A stretch of DNA of 63,918 nucleotides, counting the filler, from an uncultured bacterium (lineage in GTDB: Bacteria; CAYJRR01): the NCBI GenBank assembly GCA_964372275.1. It is 3 parts of 3 records of this genome, joined end to end, with 100 filler letters (N's around TTAATTAATTAA, not from the genome) between each part and the next. Parts side by side here need not be neighbours in the genome. Positions count along the whole stretch, not along the records: positions 1 to 29,741 come from CAYJRR010000055.1; 2 more parts are not named here. One strand, written 5' to 3'. The notes beneath the pieces were generated by a model that had not been told where the DNA came from, ran no database searches, and saw only the letters and a program-made list of their open reading frames with translations. Every line of letters starts with the position of its first letter. Within the stretch, counting starts at the first letter, position 1. Shown piece after piece: positions 10,917 to 19,515 of this stretch. The position numbers were made by a program, and so were the translations under genes.

Positions 10917-10932
10917 CGGCGCGGCGAGGCCC

Positions 10933-12351
10933 ATGGAGATCCGACGGGCGGATCGGCGGCGCCATCTGGTCTACCAGATCTTCGTCGATCGTTTCGCCGG
11001 TCCGGAGGGGCGGCCGCTGCCGGCGCCGCCCGACGGCGTCGATCCCTGGCGCCATCACGCCGGGGGTACGCTCGACGGGATCGCGCACCGGCTCGACCAC
11101 CTGGCGTCGCTGGGTGTCGATCTCCTCTACCTCACGCCGATCTTCCGCGCCCCGTCGAACCACAAGTACGACACCGCGAGCTTCGAGGAGGTCGATCCGC
11201 GATTCGGCGGAGAGGCGGCGTTCGACCGACTGGCGGGGGCGGCGCGCGAGCGCGGGATCGGGCTCGTGCTCGACGGCGTCTTCAACCACGTGGGGGAGGA
11301 GCACGGCTGGTTCCGCGACGCGTGCCGCGCCGCGACCTCGCCGTTTTTCCGGTTCTTCCGATTCGCGCGCCATCCCGACCGCTACGACCGGTGGCGCGGG
11401 ATGGGGTGGCTCCCGGAGCTCGACCTCGCGCGCGACGACGTCCGGCGGGCGCTCGCGGAGAGCGAAGGCGCTCCGTTCCGCCGCTGGCTGCGACGCGGCG
11501 CCACCGGGTGGCGGCTCGACTGCGCCAACGACCTCGGACTCCAGACCTGCGGCCTTCTCGCGCGGATCGCGCGGGAGGAGGGGGCGCCGGACGGCGTCGT
11601 CGGCGAGGTGATGGCCTGGGCCGAGGCGTGGCTGCAGGAAGGGGCGCTCGACGGAGTGATGAACTACTGGATGCGCGAGACGGTGCTGGAGGCAGCGGCC
11701 GGCCGGCTTCCCGCCGCCCAGGTCGCGTCGAACCTCGGGCGGATGGCGGAGTCGTGGCGGTGGCCCGCGCTGCTCCGAAGCTGGAACGTGCTCGCCACCC
11801 ACGACACGCCGCGCCTCGCCACGCGCCTCCCCGACCGCCGCGCCCGCCGGCTCGCGCGCCTCTTGGCCTTCACGCTCCCCGGAACGCCGCACCTCTACTA
11901 CGGCGAGGAGATCGGGATGGAGGGGGGCGACGATCCGGCGAACCGGAACCCGATGGAATGGGACGACGCACGCTGGGACCGCGAGACGTTGGAGGAGACG
12001 CGGACGCTCGCTCGGCTGCGCCGCGAGCGCGTCGCGCTGCGGGAGGGTCGCTTTCTTCCGATGCCGCAGCCGGGCCTGCCCTGGCTGTTCGCCTTCGCGA
12101 GGGTCACCGAACATCCGGAGGAGGCGACGCTGGTCGCGGTGAACCTGTCGGGAACGCCGCAGCGGGGTCGCGCCTTCCTCCCGTATTCGTGGTTCCTCGA
12201 CGCCCTCCCGCTGGCCGACCGGTGGGGCGGCACCGCGGGCGGAAAGGTGACGGGCGGGGCGGTGGAGATCGCGTTGGAGCCGTGGCAGGGGGTGGTGTGG
12301 GTGCCGGAGGACGGGGCGATCGAGGGATACCGCTTTTTCAAGCGGACGTGA
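10933..12351 (+). CDS. Glycoside hydrolase family 13 (neopullulanase/cyclomaltodextrinase/maltodextrin glucosidase-like)
   Basis: YQIFVDRF, SNHKYDT, LDGVFNH; catalytic motifs GWRLDCAN, VGEVM, THDTPR; YYGEEIG. Confidence 0.92.
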   Translation: MEIRRADRRRHLVYQIFVDRFAGPEGRPLPAPPDGVDPWRHHAGGTLDGIAHRLDHLASLGVDLLYLTPIFRAPSNHKYDTASFEEVDPRFGGEAAFDRLAGAARERGIGLVLDGVFNHVGEEHGWFRDACRAATSPFFRFFRFARHPDRYDRWRGMGWLPELDLARDDVRRALAESEGAPFRRWLRRGATGWRLDCANDLGLQTCGLLARIAREEGAPDGVVGEVMAWAEAWLQEGALDGVMNYWMRETVLEAAAGRLPAAQVASNLGRMAESWRWPALLRSWNVLATHDTPRLATRLPDRRARRLARLLAFTLPGTPHLYYGEEIGMEGGDDPANRNPMEWDDARWDRETLEETRTLARLRRERVALREGRFLPMPQPGLPWLFAFARVTEHPEEATLVAVNLSGTPQRGRAFLPYSWFLDALPLADRWGGTAGGKVTGGAVEIALEPWQGVVWVPEDGAIEGYRFFKRT

Positions 12352-12407
12352 CCGCGGGCGGTGGCACGCTGACTTTTCGGTGCCGGCGGGGCTACGCTCT
12401 CGGCGAG

Positions 12408-13499
12408 ATGCGTCGCGCACTTGCCGGGCTCGCCGTCGCCACCCTCGTCTCCTCCTGCTCCCTCGAGTCGCTCGACCCCTTCCACACCCAGTTCGACGAC
12501 GTCGAGCCGGCCAAGCGCTACTACCGGAGCACGCCCGTACCCGCGCCGGGAGTCGTCACGACGCTCACGGTGATGAGCTGGAACGTGAAGTTCGGCGGCG
12601 GGCGGATCGACTTCTTCTGGGACTGCCACGGCGACCGCACCAACATGTCGCGCGGCGAGGTGCTCTCCAACCTGGAGGCGCTGGCGGAGAAGATCGAGCA
12701 GGTCGATCCCGACATCCTGTTGCTGCAGGAGGTCGACGTCGAGTCGAAGCGCTCGGACTACCTCGACCAGGTGCAGTGGCTGCTCGACCACGGCCGGCTC
12801 AACGAAGGGGCCTACGCCTCGCAGTGGAAGGCCGACTACGTCCCCGGCGACGGGATCGGACGGGTCGACTCCGGGAACGCCGTCTTCTCCCGCTGGCCGA
12901 TCAACTGGGCGTTGCGCCACTCGCTGCCGTTGATCGCCTCCGACGACGCGCTCACCAACTACTTCTACCTGAAACGGAACATGCTCGAGGTGAGCGTCGA
13001 CCTGCCGGGCCTCGACGACTTCCGGATCGTCGCCACGCACACCGAGGCCTACGCCGACGACGGGACGAAGAAGAAGCACGTCGACCGGTTCAAGGCCAAG
13101 CTCGACGAGCTCGCCGCCGAGGGGGTCCTGTTCATCGCCGGCGGCGACCTCAACACCCTTCCTCCGGGAAGCGAGCAGGTGAGCGACTTTCCCGATTCGG
13201 TCTGCGAGGGGCGCTTCGAAGGGGACGACTTCAGCGAGGAGACCGACTACCTCTATCCGCTCTACCAGACCTACGAGGCGGAGACGCCGCTCGCCGACTA
13301 CCTGGCCGACAACGATCCCTACTTCACCTTCACCTCCGACAAGAACGGGTTCTGGAGCCGCAAGCTCGACTACCTGTTCACCAACGGCGACTTCGTGCCT
13401 GGCAGCTCGATCACCCATCAGGACGAGGAGTCGGGCGGTATGGAGACGATGAGCCGGTCGGACCATGCGCCGATCAGCGTGGAGCTCGACCTGCCGTGA
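12408..13499 (+). CDS. Endonuclease/exonuclease/phosphatase (EEP) family lipoprotein
   Basis: Lipobox LVSSC; MSWNVK, LLQEVD, GNAVFSRWP, ATHTEA, GGDLN, KLDYLF, SDHAP. Confidence 0.9.
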   Translation: MRRALAGLAVATLVSSCSLESLDPFHTQFDDVEPAKRYYRSTPVPAPGVVTTLTVMSWNVKFGGGRIDFFWDCHGDRTNMSRGEVLSNLEALAEKIEQVDPDILLLQEVDVESKRSDYLDQVQWLLDHGRLNEGAYASQWKADYVPGDGIGRVDSGNAVFSRWPINWALRHSLPLIASDDALTNYFYLKRNMLEVSVDLPGLDDFRIVATHTEAYADDGTKKKHVDRFKAKLDELAAEGVLFIAGGDLNTLPPGSEQVSDFPDSVCEGRFEGDDFSEETDYLYPLYQTYEAETPLADYLADNDPYFTFTSDKNGFWSRKLDYLFTNGDFVPGSSITHQDEESGGMETMSRSDHAPISVELDLP

Positions 13500-14332
13500 A
13501 GGCACCCGTGGCGTGGACGGCGGCTCGACCCCTGTTCGCGGCGCTGGCCGTCGCCGTGCTTTCGGTCGTCGCCCGGCCGGTCGCGGCGCGGGCGGAGGAG
13601 GGTGCGCCCGTCCGGCCGGCGATCGCGGACGGAACCTGGAGCGCCGACTCGGCGGCGGTGCTGCCGCGCCGGCGAGTCGAGGTCGGCCTGCTCTCCGAGA
13701 CGCGGATCAGCCTCGGCGGGCGGTTCGAGCTGTCGACGCAGCCGTGGCTCGACCTGCTGCGGTTGCCGAACGTCGGCGTGAAGGCGCGGCTCGCGGATCG
13801 CGGGAGTTGGGTGCTCGCCGCCAAGACGACGCTCTCCTACCCGACGCCGTTCCTGAAATCGTTCGCGCACCGCGGCCCGTTCGGGATCCTCCCGGAGGAC
13901 CAGCCGATCCCGCAGCTGGTGGCGGCGCATGCGCGCCTGCTGGTGACCGCGCGGCCGAACGCCGGCCGGGAGCTGACGCTGGAGGCGGGTGCGCGGCTGG
14001 CCGCGCAGGTGGGCGAGAACGGGATGTCGTCGATCGACCTGCCGATCCTGTTCCCGCGCACCTCGGCCTACCTGCACGGCGCCACCCTGCAGGCCGGACT
14101 CGACACCCGCGCGCGCGTCGTCGGCCGGCTGTGGGCGCACGGCGACCTCGATCTGTTCGTGATGCGGGATCCCCGCGGACGGTACGCCGCCGAGTATCGG
14201 CTGCTCGCGGCGTGGCTTGGCCACCGCTTCGCGGTGGAGGCGGGCGTCAAGGGCACGCACGGGGAGTATCCGTTCGGGACGCAGGAGCACCTCCTTCCCT
14301 ACGTCGACGTCCAGGTCGCCTTCGGCGGCTGA
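13496..14332 (+). CDS. Putative outer-membrane beta-barrel protein
   Basis: GTGA overlap with the EEP gene; signal peptide; amphipathic strands; terminal strand LPYVDVQVAF. Confidence 0.6.
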   Translation: MKAPVAWTAARPLFAALAVAVLSVVARPVAARAEEGAPVRPAIADGTWSADSAAVLPRRRVEVGLLSETRISLGGRFELSTQPWLDLLRLPNVGVKARLADRGSWVLAAKTTLSYPTPFLKSFAHRGPFGILPEDQPIPQLVAAHARLLVTARPNAGRELTLEAGARLAAQVGENGMSSIDLPILFPRTSAYLHGATLQAGLDTRARVVGRLWAHGDLDLFVMRDPRGRYAAEYRLLAAWLGHRFAVEAGVKGTHGEYPFGTQEHLLPYVDVQVAFGG

Positions 14333-14335
14333 CGG

Positions 14336-14995
14336 TCACGGGGCCGGCGGTGGCGCGGCCTCCGTGGCGCGCAGCACCTCCGCGACCCGGAACAGGTCCT
14401 GCGTGAAACGGGCCCGCTCCGCGCGGCGCGAGCGGTCGTCGGGGGCGTGGAGGATCGCGGAGGGATGGACCGTCGCCACGGTGTGCGGCGCGTAGGGGGA
14501 GGGCACGAGCTCGCCCCGGCGGCGCGTGACGCGGAACTCCGGTCCGAGCACGGCGCGCGCCGCCGTCGATCCCAGGCAGACGAGCACCGCCGGCCGGATG
14601 CGCTCCAGCTCGGCGAGGAGCCAGGGGAAGCAGGCCTCGACCTCCCGCGCGCTCGGTTTCTTGTGGAGGCGCCGGCCGCCGGCGGGTGTCCACTTGAAGT
14701 GCTTCACCGCGTTGGTGACGTAGACGACGCTCCGGTCGATCCCGACCGCCGCCAGCGCGCGATCGAGCTCCCGGCCCGCCGGACCGACGAAGGGACGCCC
14801 GGCGAGGTCCTCTTCGTGACCCGGCTGCTCGCCGACCATCACGATCCGCGCCGACGCGCTCCCTTCCCCGAAGACGGTCTGCGTGCCGCTCCTCCACAAG
14901 GGACAGGCGCGGCAACCCGCGGCCGCGAGGCGGAGCGACGGGAGCGTCCGGACGGCGGGAACGGGGGCCGGCGGGAAGGTCTCGCGTCGCGCCAC
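14336..14995 (-). CDS. udgX: UdgX-type uracil-DNA binding/glycosylase (family 4 UDG, 4Fe-4S)
   Basis: CRACPL, GEQPG, PFVGPAG, TNAVKHFK, RRLHKKP (R-loop His of UdgX), TVHPSAIL; GAGGAG RBS before GTG. Confidence 0.88.
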   Translation of the reverse strand: MARRETFPPAPVPAVRTLPSLRLAAAGCRACPLWRSGTQTVFGEGSASARIVMVGEQPGHEEDLAGRPFVGPAGRELDRALAAVGIDRSVVYVTNAVKHFKWTPAGGRRLHKKPSAREVEACFPWLLAELERIRPAVLVCLGSTAARAVLGPEFRVTRRRGELVPSPYAPHTVATVHPSAILHAPDDRSRRAERARFTQDLFRVAEVLRATEAAPPPAP

Positions 14996-15006
14996 GTCGT
15001 CTCCTC

Positions 15007-15846
15007 GTGCGCATTCGAAGCGACGTGATCCACGTCGGTACCAGCGGCTACGCCTACCCCCACTGGAGCGAGGTCCTGTATCGCGGCGTCCCGACCTCGC
15101 GCCGGCTGGAACGCTACGCGCGCGAGTTCTCCACCGTCGAGATGAACGCCACCTTCTACCGCCTTCCGACGCCGGCGGCGGCAACCCGTTGGCGCGATGC
15201 CACCCCGGACCGGTTCGTCTTCGCCGTCAAGGGGAGCCGGTTCCTGACGCACATGAAGCGCCTGACCGACACCGGTCGCGGTCTCGACCGCTTCTTCTCG
15301 AGGGTCGACCACCTGGGACCGAAGCTGGAGGTCGTCCTCTGGCAGCTGCCGCCGCAGATGGCCCACGTCGATCCCGGCCGGCTGGAACGGTTCCTGCTCG
15401 CGCTGCCGGGGGGCGTCCGGCACGCGGTCGAGTTCCGGCACGAGGCCTGGTATCGCGACGAGGTGGCCCGTCTGCTCGATCGTCACGGCGTCGCCTTCTG
15501 CGAGCACGACCTCGTCGACGCGCGCCCGCCGCGCGCGACCGGCGGATTCCGCTACCTGCGCTTCCACGGCGCGAGCGCTCCCTACGCCGGCCGCTACGGA
15601 AGGCGCGCGCTGGAGCCGGTCGCCCGGGGACTGCGCGCATGGTCCCGATCCGGACGGACCGCCTACGTCTACTTCAACAACGACACCGGTGGTCACGCCG
15701 TGCGCGATGCGCGCGCGCTGCGGGAGTTGCTCGGTCCCGCGGCCTACCGGGCGTCGAGCCAGCCGTCCAGGAACGCCGCCCGCGCCGCCGTCGCCGCGCG
15801 GATCGAGTCGTGCGCCGCGTGGAACTCGTCGAGCGTGAACGGATAG
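15007..15846 (+). CDS. DUF72 (YecE-like) protein
   Basis: IHVGTSGYAY, VEMNATFYRLP, FAVKGSRFLTH, LWQLPP, VEFRH..W, YLRFHG, YVYFNND; start may be GTG 15025. Confidence 0.92.
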   Translation: MRIRSDVIHVGTSGYAYPHWSEVLYRGVPTSRRLERYAREFSTVEMNATFYRLPTPAAATRWRDATPDRFVFAVKGSRFLTHMKRLTDTGRGLDRFFSRVDHLGPKLEVVLWQLPPQMAHVDPGRLERFLLALPGGVRHAVEFRHEAWYRDEVARLLDRHGVAFCEHDLVDARPPRATGGFRYLRFHGASAPYAGRYGRRALEPVARGLRAWSRSGRTAYVYFNNDTGGHAVRDARALRELLGPAAYRASSQPSRNAARAAVAARIESCAAWNSSSVNG

Positions 15847-16940
15847 TTCGGGTCGGACTCGACGGCCGCTTCGATCTGCGCCGCGAACCGGCCGATCTTC
15901 TCGTCGATCGCCGCCGGATTGTAGACGGCGCGGACGGCGGCGACGGCGTCGACGAACCGCTGGCGCCATACGGGGTCGGCGAGCACGGCGACCTGGTGCG
16001 GCGGCAGACCGGACAGCTCCTCGCCGTACTCGTCGTAGTAGACGACGCCGTACGGATCGGCATCGGCCGGCATCCAGTCGAACGTTCCGTCCTTGTCCCA
16101 GGGGACGAAGAGGAAGCCGCGCTGCGGATGGTCGTAGAGGTAGAAGTTGTGTCCGGCGCTCCAGTAGCCGTCCGCGTCGGGCAGCGTCGCCTCGGCCGCC
16201 CACTCGAGGACGGCGCCTTCCAGATCGGCGAGGGCGTCGATCGCCGCGACGTCGTTCGCCTGCCAGAACTGCTCGATCCGCACGCCGTCGGAGGTCTGTT
16301 CGTTGGTCTTGAGGTCGGTTCCGTACTTCCACAGGTCCCCGCCGGCCTGGCCGGGGAAGTTCCGCTGGAGGAACTCCTTGTCCAGGAACTCGATGTTGGT
16401 GAAGACGCCGTAGAGCGATCCGTTCAGGGTGAGCGTCGCGCTGTTGGCGCACGCGGCCGGGAGGCCGACCTCCCGGAACAGGTCGAGCGCGAGGCGGTCC
16501 TTGAGCAGCGACGGGTCGTAGGGCGGCGCGTCGAGCGCGATCTTGCGCAGTCCGTGGAAGCGCGCGTCGGAGTCGACTTCGTTGAACGAGATCACGAACT
16601 GCATCTTTCCGGACCAGGAGCAGCAGGGGTTCCCCTTGAGGCGCATGCGGGCGTCGGGGACGACCTCCTCCTCGCCGTCGGGTCCGACGTAGCGGAAGAG
16701 GATGGGGTGGTACGGCTTGAGCGGCAGTCCGTTCGCCTCCCGCTCCGCCCAGTTCGCGAACTCGTCCTGGAGCGCCGCCCACTCGCCGTCGGCGATCTCG
16801 ACCCGGTAGTCGACGAGCCGGTCCTCGTCGTAGAGGTCGGCGCAGCGGCCGGCGGGGACCGCCCCCCCCGGCGGGTCGAGCGAACCGCATGCGGCGACCA
16901 GCAGCGGAACGACGATCGCGCAACCCGATGGCCGAGCCAT
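15744..16940 (-). CDS. CotH-family protein kinase, lipoprotein (paralogue 1)
   Basis: Lipobox LVAAC; RLKGN, KIALD, LYGVFTNIE, DGYWSAGHNFYLY, VPWDKD; GGGAGGGG RBS. Confidence 0.85.
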   Translation of the reverse strand: MARPSGCAIVVPLLVAACGSLDPPGGAVPAGRCADLYDEDRLVDYRVEIADGEWAALQDEFANWAEREANGLPLKPYHPILFRYVGPDGEEEVVPDARMRLKGNPCCSWSGKMQFVISFNEVDSDARFHGLRKIALDAPPYDPSLLKDRLALDLFREVGLPAACANSATLTLNGSLYGVFTNIEFLDKEFLQRNFPGQAGGDLWKYGTDLKTNEQTSDGVRIEQFWQANDVAAIDALADLEGAVLEWAAEATLPDADGYWSAGHNFYLYDHPQRGFLFVPWDKDGTFDWMPADADPYGVVYYDEYGEELSGLPPHQVAVLADPVWRQRFVDAVAAVRAVYNPAAIDEKIGRFAAQIEAAVESDPNYPFTLDEFHAAHDSIRAATAARAAFLDGWLDAR

Positions 16941-16969
16941 GGCATCCCCTCCCTTCTTCTTCCAAGGGG

Positions 16970-16985
16970 AGCAAGGCGCGTGCCT
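16970..16985 (-). promoter_or_regulatory. Putative sigma54 (-24/-12) promoter for CotH paralogue 1
   Basis: Minus strand reads AGGCACGCGCCTTGCT = GG-N10-GC, 30 nt before the ATG. Confidence 0.6.
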
Positions 16986-17027
16986 GGCGTCCGGCCGGCG
17001 GAGGTCCATCCTCCGTGCGGAGGTTCC

Positions 17028-17432
17028 ATGGCGATCGACTACTCCACCGACGACCTGCGCCGAAAGCTGGCCGATTCGCGCGATCGGTTCGCGCTGGTCG
17101 ACACCTTGCCGCGCGCCTCGTACGCCAACCGACACCTTCCGGGGGCGATCTCCCTTCCGCTCGAAGAGATCGAGGCGCGGGCCGACGCGATCCTTCCCGA
17201 ACGCGATGTCGAGGTCGTGACCTACTGCAGCGGGCCGACCTGAACGCGCTCGACGCAGGCCGTGCGCCTGCTGGAAGCGAAAGGGTATCGGCGCCTCGGC
17301 CACTACGGCGGCGGAATCCGGGAGTGGCGCCGCGCCAACCTTCCGTTCGACACCGGACGCGAGCGGAGCCTCCGGCCCGAGGAGCGTCGCGTCGCGGAGG
17401 GGCCGGCGGCGCCGGAGCGACCGGTGCCGTAG
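17028..17432 (+). CDS. Rhodanese-domain protein, probable selenoprotein (UGA at codon 72, 17241-17243, read as Sec), 134 aa
   Basis: GGAGG RBS; LVDTLP...Y..RHLPGAISLP...VVTYCSGPT-UGA-TRSTQAVRLLEAKGYRRLGHYGGGIREW..ANLP: the rhodanese domain continues in frame past the UGA to a TAG. Confidence 0.85.
17255..17271 (+). promoter_or_regulatory. Candidate bacterial SECIS hairpin
   Basis: GCAGGC-CGUGC-GCCUGC stem-loop starting 11 nt after the UGA; G at loop position 2 followed by U. Confidence 0.65.
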
Positions 17433-17531
17433 GGGCCCGGAGAACGACGCGGGTGACGCGTTTCGGGTTTCGCGTCGTCCAAGATGGAGGATATCGCGCA
17501 CCCTTCGGTCGCGTGATGGCCGGCACGACGC

Positions 17532-17599
17532 GGAGTCCCGCGACGCCGTTGGAGTCCCGACGCCGCGCCGACCTCCGTCGCTGGAGTCCCGACCCCGCG
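17532..17599 (+). repeat. Three direct repeats of GGAGTCCCG (candidate enhancer-binding-protein sites)
   Basis: Copies at 17532, 17551 and 17583; copies 2 and 3 extend to TGGAGTCCCGAC(G/C)CCGCG (17/18 identical), 32 bp apart. Confidence 0.6.
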
Positions 17600-17696
17600 G
17601 TCCGCGCGTGACGGCGCGCACGCGCTGGAGCCGCCGGCCTCCGATCGGACGACGGCCACGTGGCGGTCCGCACGATCGCCGGCCGGAGCCGGCGTC

Positions 17697-17712
17697 CGGC
17701 GCGACGGTTGCA
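17697..17712 (+). promoter_or_regulatory. Putative sigma54 promoter for the VTC operon
   Basis: CGGCGCGACGGTTGCA = GG-N10-GC with TTGCA at -12, about 28 nt before the ATG and GGGAGGG RBS. Confidence 0.55.
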
Positions 17713-17740
17713 CTTCCCTCGAGAGCGGGAGGGACGGGCG

Positions 17741-18496
17741 ATGGCGATGCCGGCGGTGGAGAGCGAGCTTCCGGAGCGCGAGAGCAAGTTCGTCGTGACG
17801 GCGGAGACGCTGGACGACTTCCTGGCGCGGGCCGACGGGAACCTGGTGGAGTTCGCGTACGACCGGAGCCGTCCGGTCGCGTGGACGCGCACCACCTACC
17901 TCGACACCGACGACCTGTTCTTCTATCGGCGCTCCCTGCGCGGCGCGGCGCGCCGCCTCCGCATCCGCGAGTACGCCTCCTCGACGAGCGTGCGCGGTCC
18001 GGCGCGGCTCACCGGTCATTGCCGGCTGGAGCTGAAGGTGAGCGAAGGGGAGGGGCGCCGCAAGGTGGCCTACGAGGCGCCGGCGGAGGCGATCGCGGAA
18101 CTGGTGGAGCGCCAGGGTGACCTCGATGCCCGGTGGGACGCCTTCCTCGCTCCGTCGACCGCGCTGGCCGCCTTCCGGCGGGAGCTCCGTCTCCTCCGCC
18201 CGACGCCGCGGTTGACCGTCTTCTACCGCCGGCGGTCGTTCCGAGGCGCCGGCGGCGCCGTCCGCGTGACGCTCGACGAGGACGTCTCCTTCTGCCTGCC
18301 GACCGGCGTCGGGCGTGCGGGGGAGGCGGCCCGCCCGGACCACGAAGTGGGCTGCTTCCGACGGGGGATCCTGGAAGTGAAGTGCCTGGAGGGGGAGGCG
18401 CCCGACTGGCTCGTCGCGGCGATGGAGGACCTTCCGCCGGCGTCGGTCTTCTCAAAATACGTCCTCGGCATGCGCCGGATCGTGGGGACGCCGTGA
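17741..18496 (+). CDS. VTC-domain (polyphosphate polymerase-like, CYTH tunnel fold) protein
   Basis: RESKF (ExK), TTYLDTDDL, RLRIREY, LELK, VFYRRRSF, RVTLD, ILEVK, FSKY. Confidence 0.88.
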   Translation: MAMPAVESELPERESKFVVTAETLDDFLARADGNLVEFAYDRSRPVAWTRTTYLDTDDLFFYRRSLRGAARRLRIREYASSTSVRGPARLTGHCRLELKVSEGEGRRKVAYEAPAEAIAELVERQGDLDARWDAFLAPSTALAAFRRELRLLRPTPRLTVFYRRRSFRGAGGAVRVTLDEDVSFCLPTGVGRAGEAARPDHEVGCFRRGILEVKCLEGEAPDWLVAAMEDLPPASVFSKYVLGMRRIVGTP

Positions 18497-19512
18497 AGTC
18501 GCTGGTCCTCGCGGCGTCGGTCCTCGCGCTCGGCGGGCGCGTCGGCACGCGACAAGGGTTCGAGGCGGTTCCGGCCGGTCCGGCGGCGGCGTCCTCCCCG
18601 TCGTGGGTGGCGGGCGAGCCGCGGTTCGACGCCAAGCTGGAGGCGAGCCTGCGCCTGGCGCGGCTCCGCGCGGTGGTCGAGGCCAAGGCGAAACGCGATG
18701 GCGATCGTGGCGAGCTCGCGCTCGGCGACGCCTTCCTCTCCGCCGACCTCGGGCGCCGCGTCACCGCGCGCGGGGGATCGTTCAAGCTGCCGATCTCGGC
18801 GCTGGACGGCACCTCCTCCTGGACCCTTCCGACGATCCGTCGCGGCGAGATCGCGGCCCTGTTCGGCGATGAGTTCGAGATCGGCGGTCGGCACGTCGGG
18901 GGCGAGGTGGCGTTCGAGCCGCGCGTCGGGGCCCGGCCGTCGGTCCGGATCGGGGTCTGGAACGCGGCGCCGGTCTCGGCGGGGGACGGGACGGCGACGT
19001 CGGGAGAGGTGATCTCCGGCCGGATCGGCGTCTCGCCGGGCCGATTCGATCTCGGGATGTCGGCCGCCTCCCGGAGCGCGGCGGTCGGCGGGAGCCGCTC
19101 GCACTACGACCTGGTCGGAATCGACCTGGCGTTCGACGCGCACGGCGTTCGCGTCTGGACCGAGGCGCTGGGCGGTTCGTCGTGGCTCGACTACGACCCG
19201 GGGGACGGTCGGGACGCCACGATGGCGTCGGCGCGCGCGGTCGTCGCCTACCGGATCGGCGGCCGGTCGGAGCGTGCCGCGTACGTCGAAGCGTGGGGAT
19301 CCGCGGGGATCCTCGACCCGGATCTCGTCATCCGCCGCGATGCGGTCGAGGAGCGGTCGGTCGGTCTCAACGTCGGGCAGTGGCGGGCGTGGCGCGCGCA
19401 GGCCGGGATCGAGGAGCGCCGCCGGGATCGGAACCTGCCCGATGCGCTCGGAGGGAAGGGGCGCGTCGACGTCGACCGAACGGCGCGGGTGCAGCTCGGA
19501 CTCTCGTTCTGA
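18493..19512 (+). CDS. Porin, OprO/OprP (phosphate-selective)-like
   Basis: GTGA overlap; hydrophobic N-terminus; LGDAFL...GSFKLPIS motif typical of Porin_O_P-like barrels; C-terminal VQLGLSF. Confidence 0.6.
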   Translation: MKSLVLAASVLALGGRVGTRQGFEAVPAGPAAASSPSWVAGEPRFDAKLEASLRLARLRAVVEAKAKRDGDRGELALGDAFLSADLGRRVTARGGSFKLPISALDGTSSWTLPTIRRGEIAALFGDEFEIGGRHVGGEVAFEPRVGARPSVRIGVWNAAPVSAGDGTATSGEVISGRIGVSPGRFDLGMSAASRSAAVGGSRSHYDLVGIDLAFDAHGVRVWTEALGGSSWLDYDPGDGRDATMASARAVVAYRIGGRSERAAYVEAWGSAGILDPDLVIRRDAVEERSVGLNVGQWRAWRAQAGIEERRRDRNLPDALGGKGRVDVDRTARVQLGLSF

Positions 19513-19515
19513 CGA

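Noticed and set aside
17532-17599. GGAGTCCCG repeats as a mini-CRISPR array
   Set aside because: Repeats too short, spacing irregular (19 and 32 bp) and no cas genes
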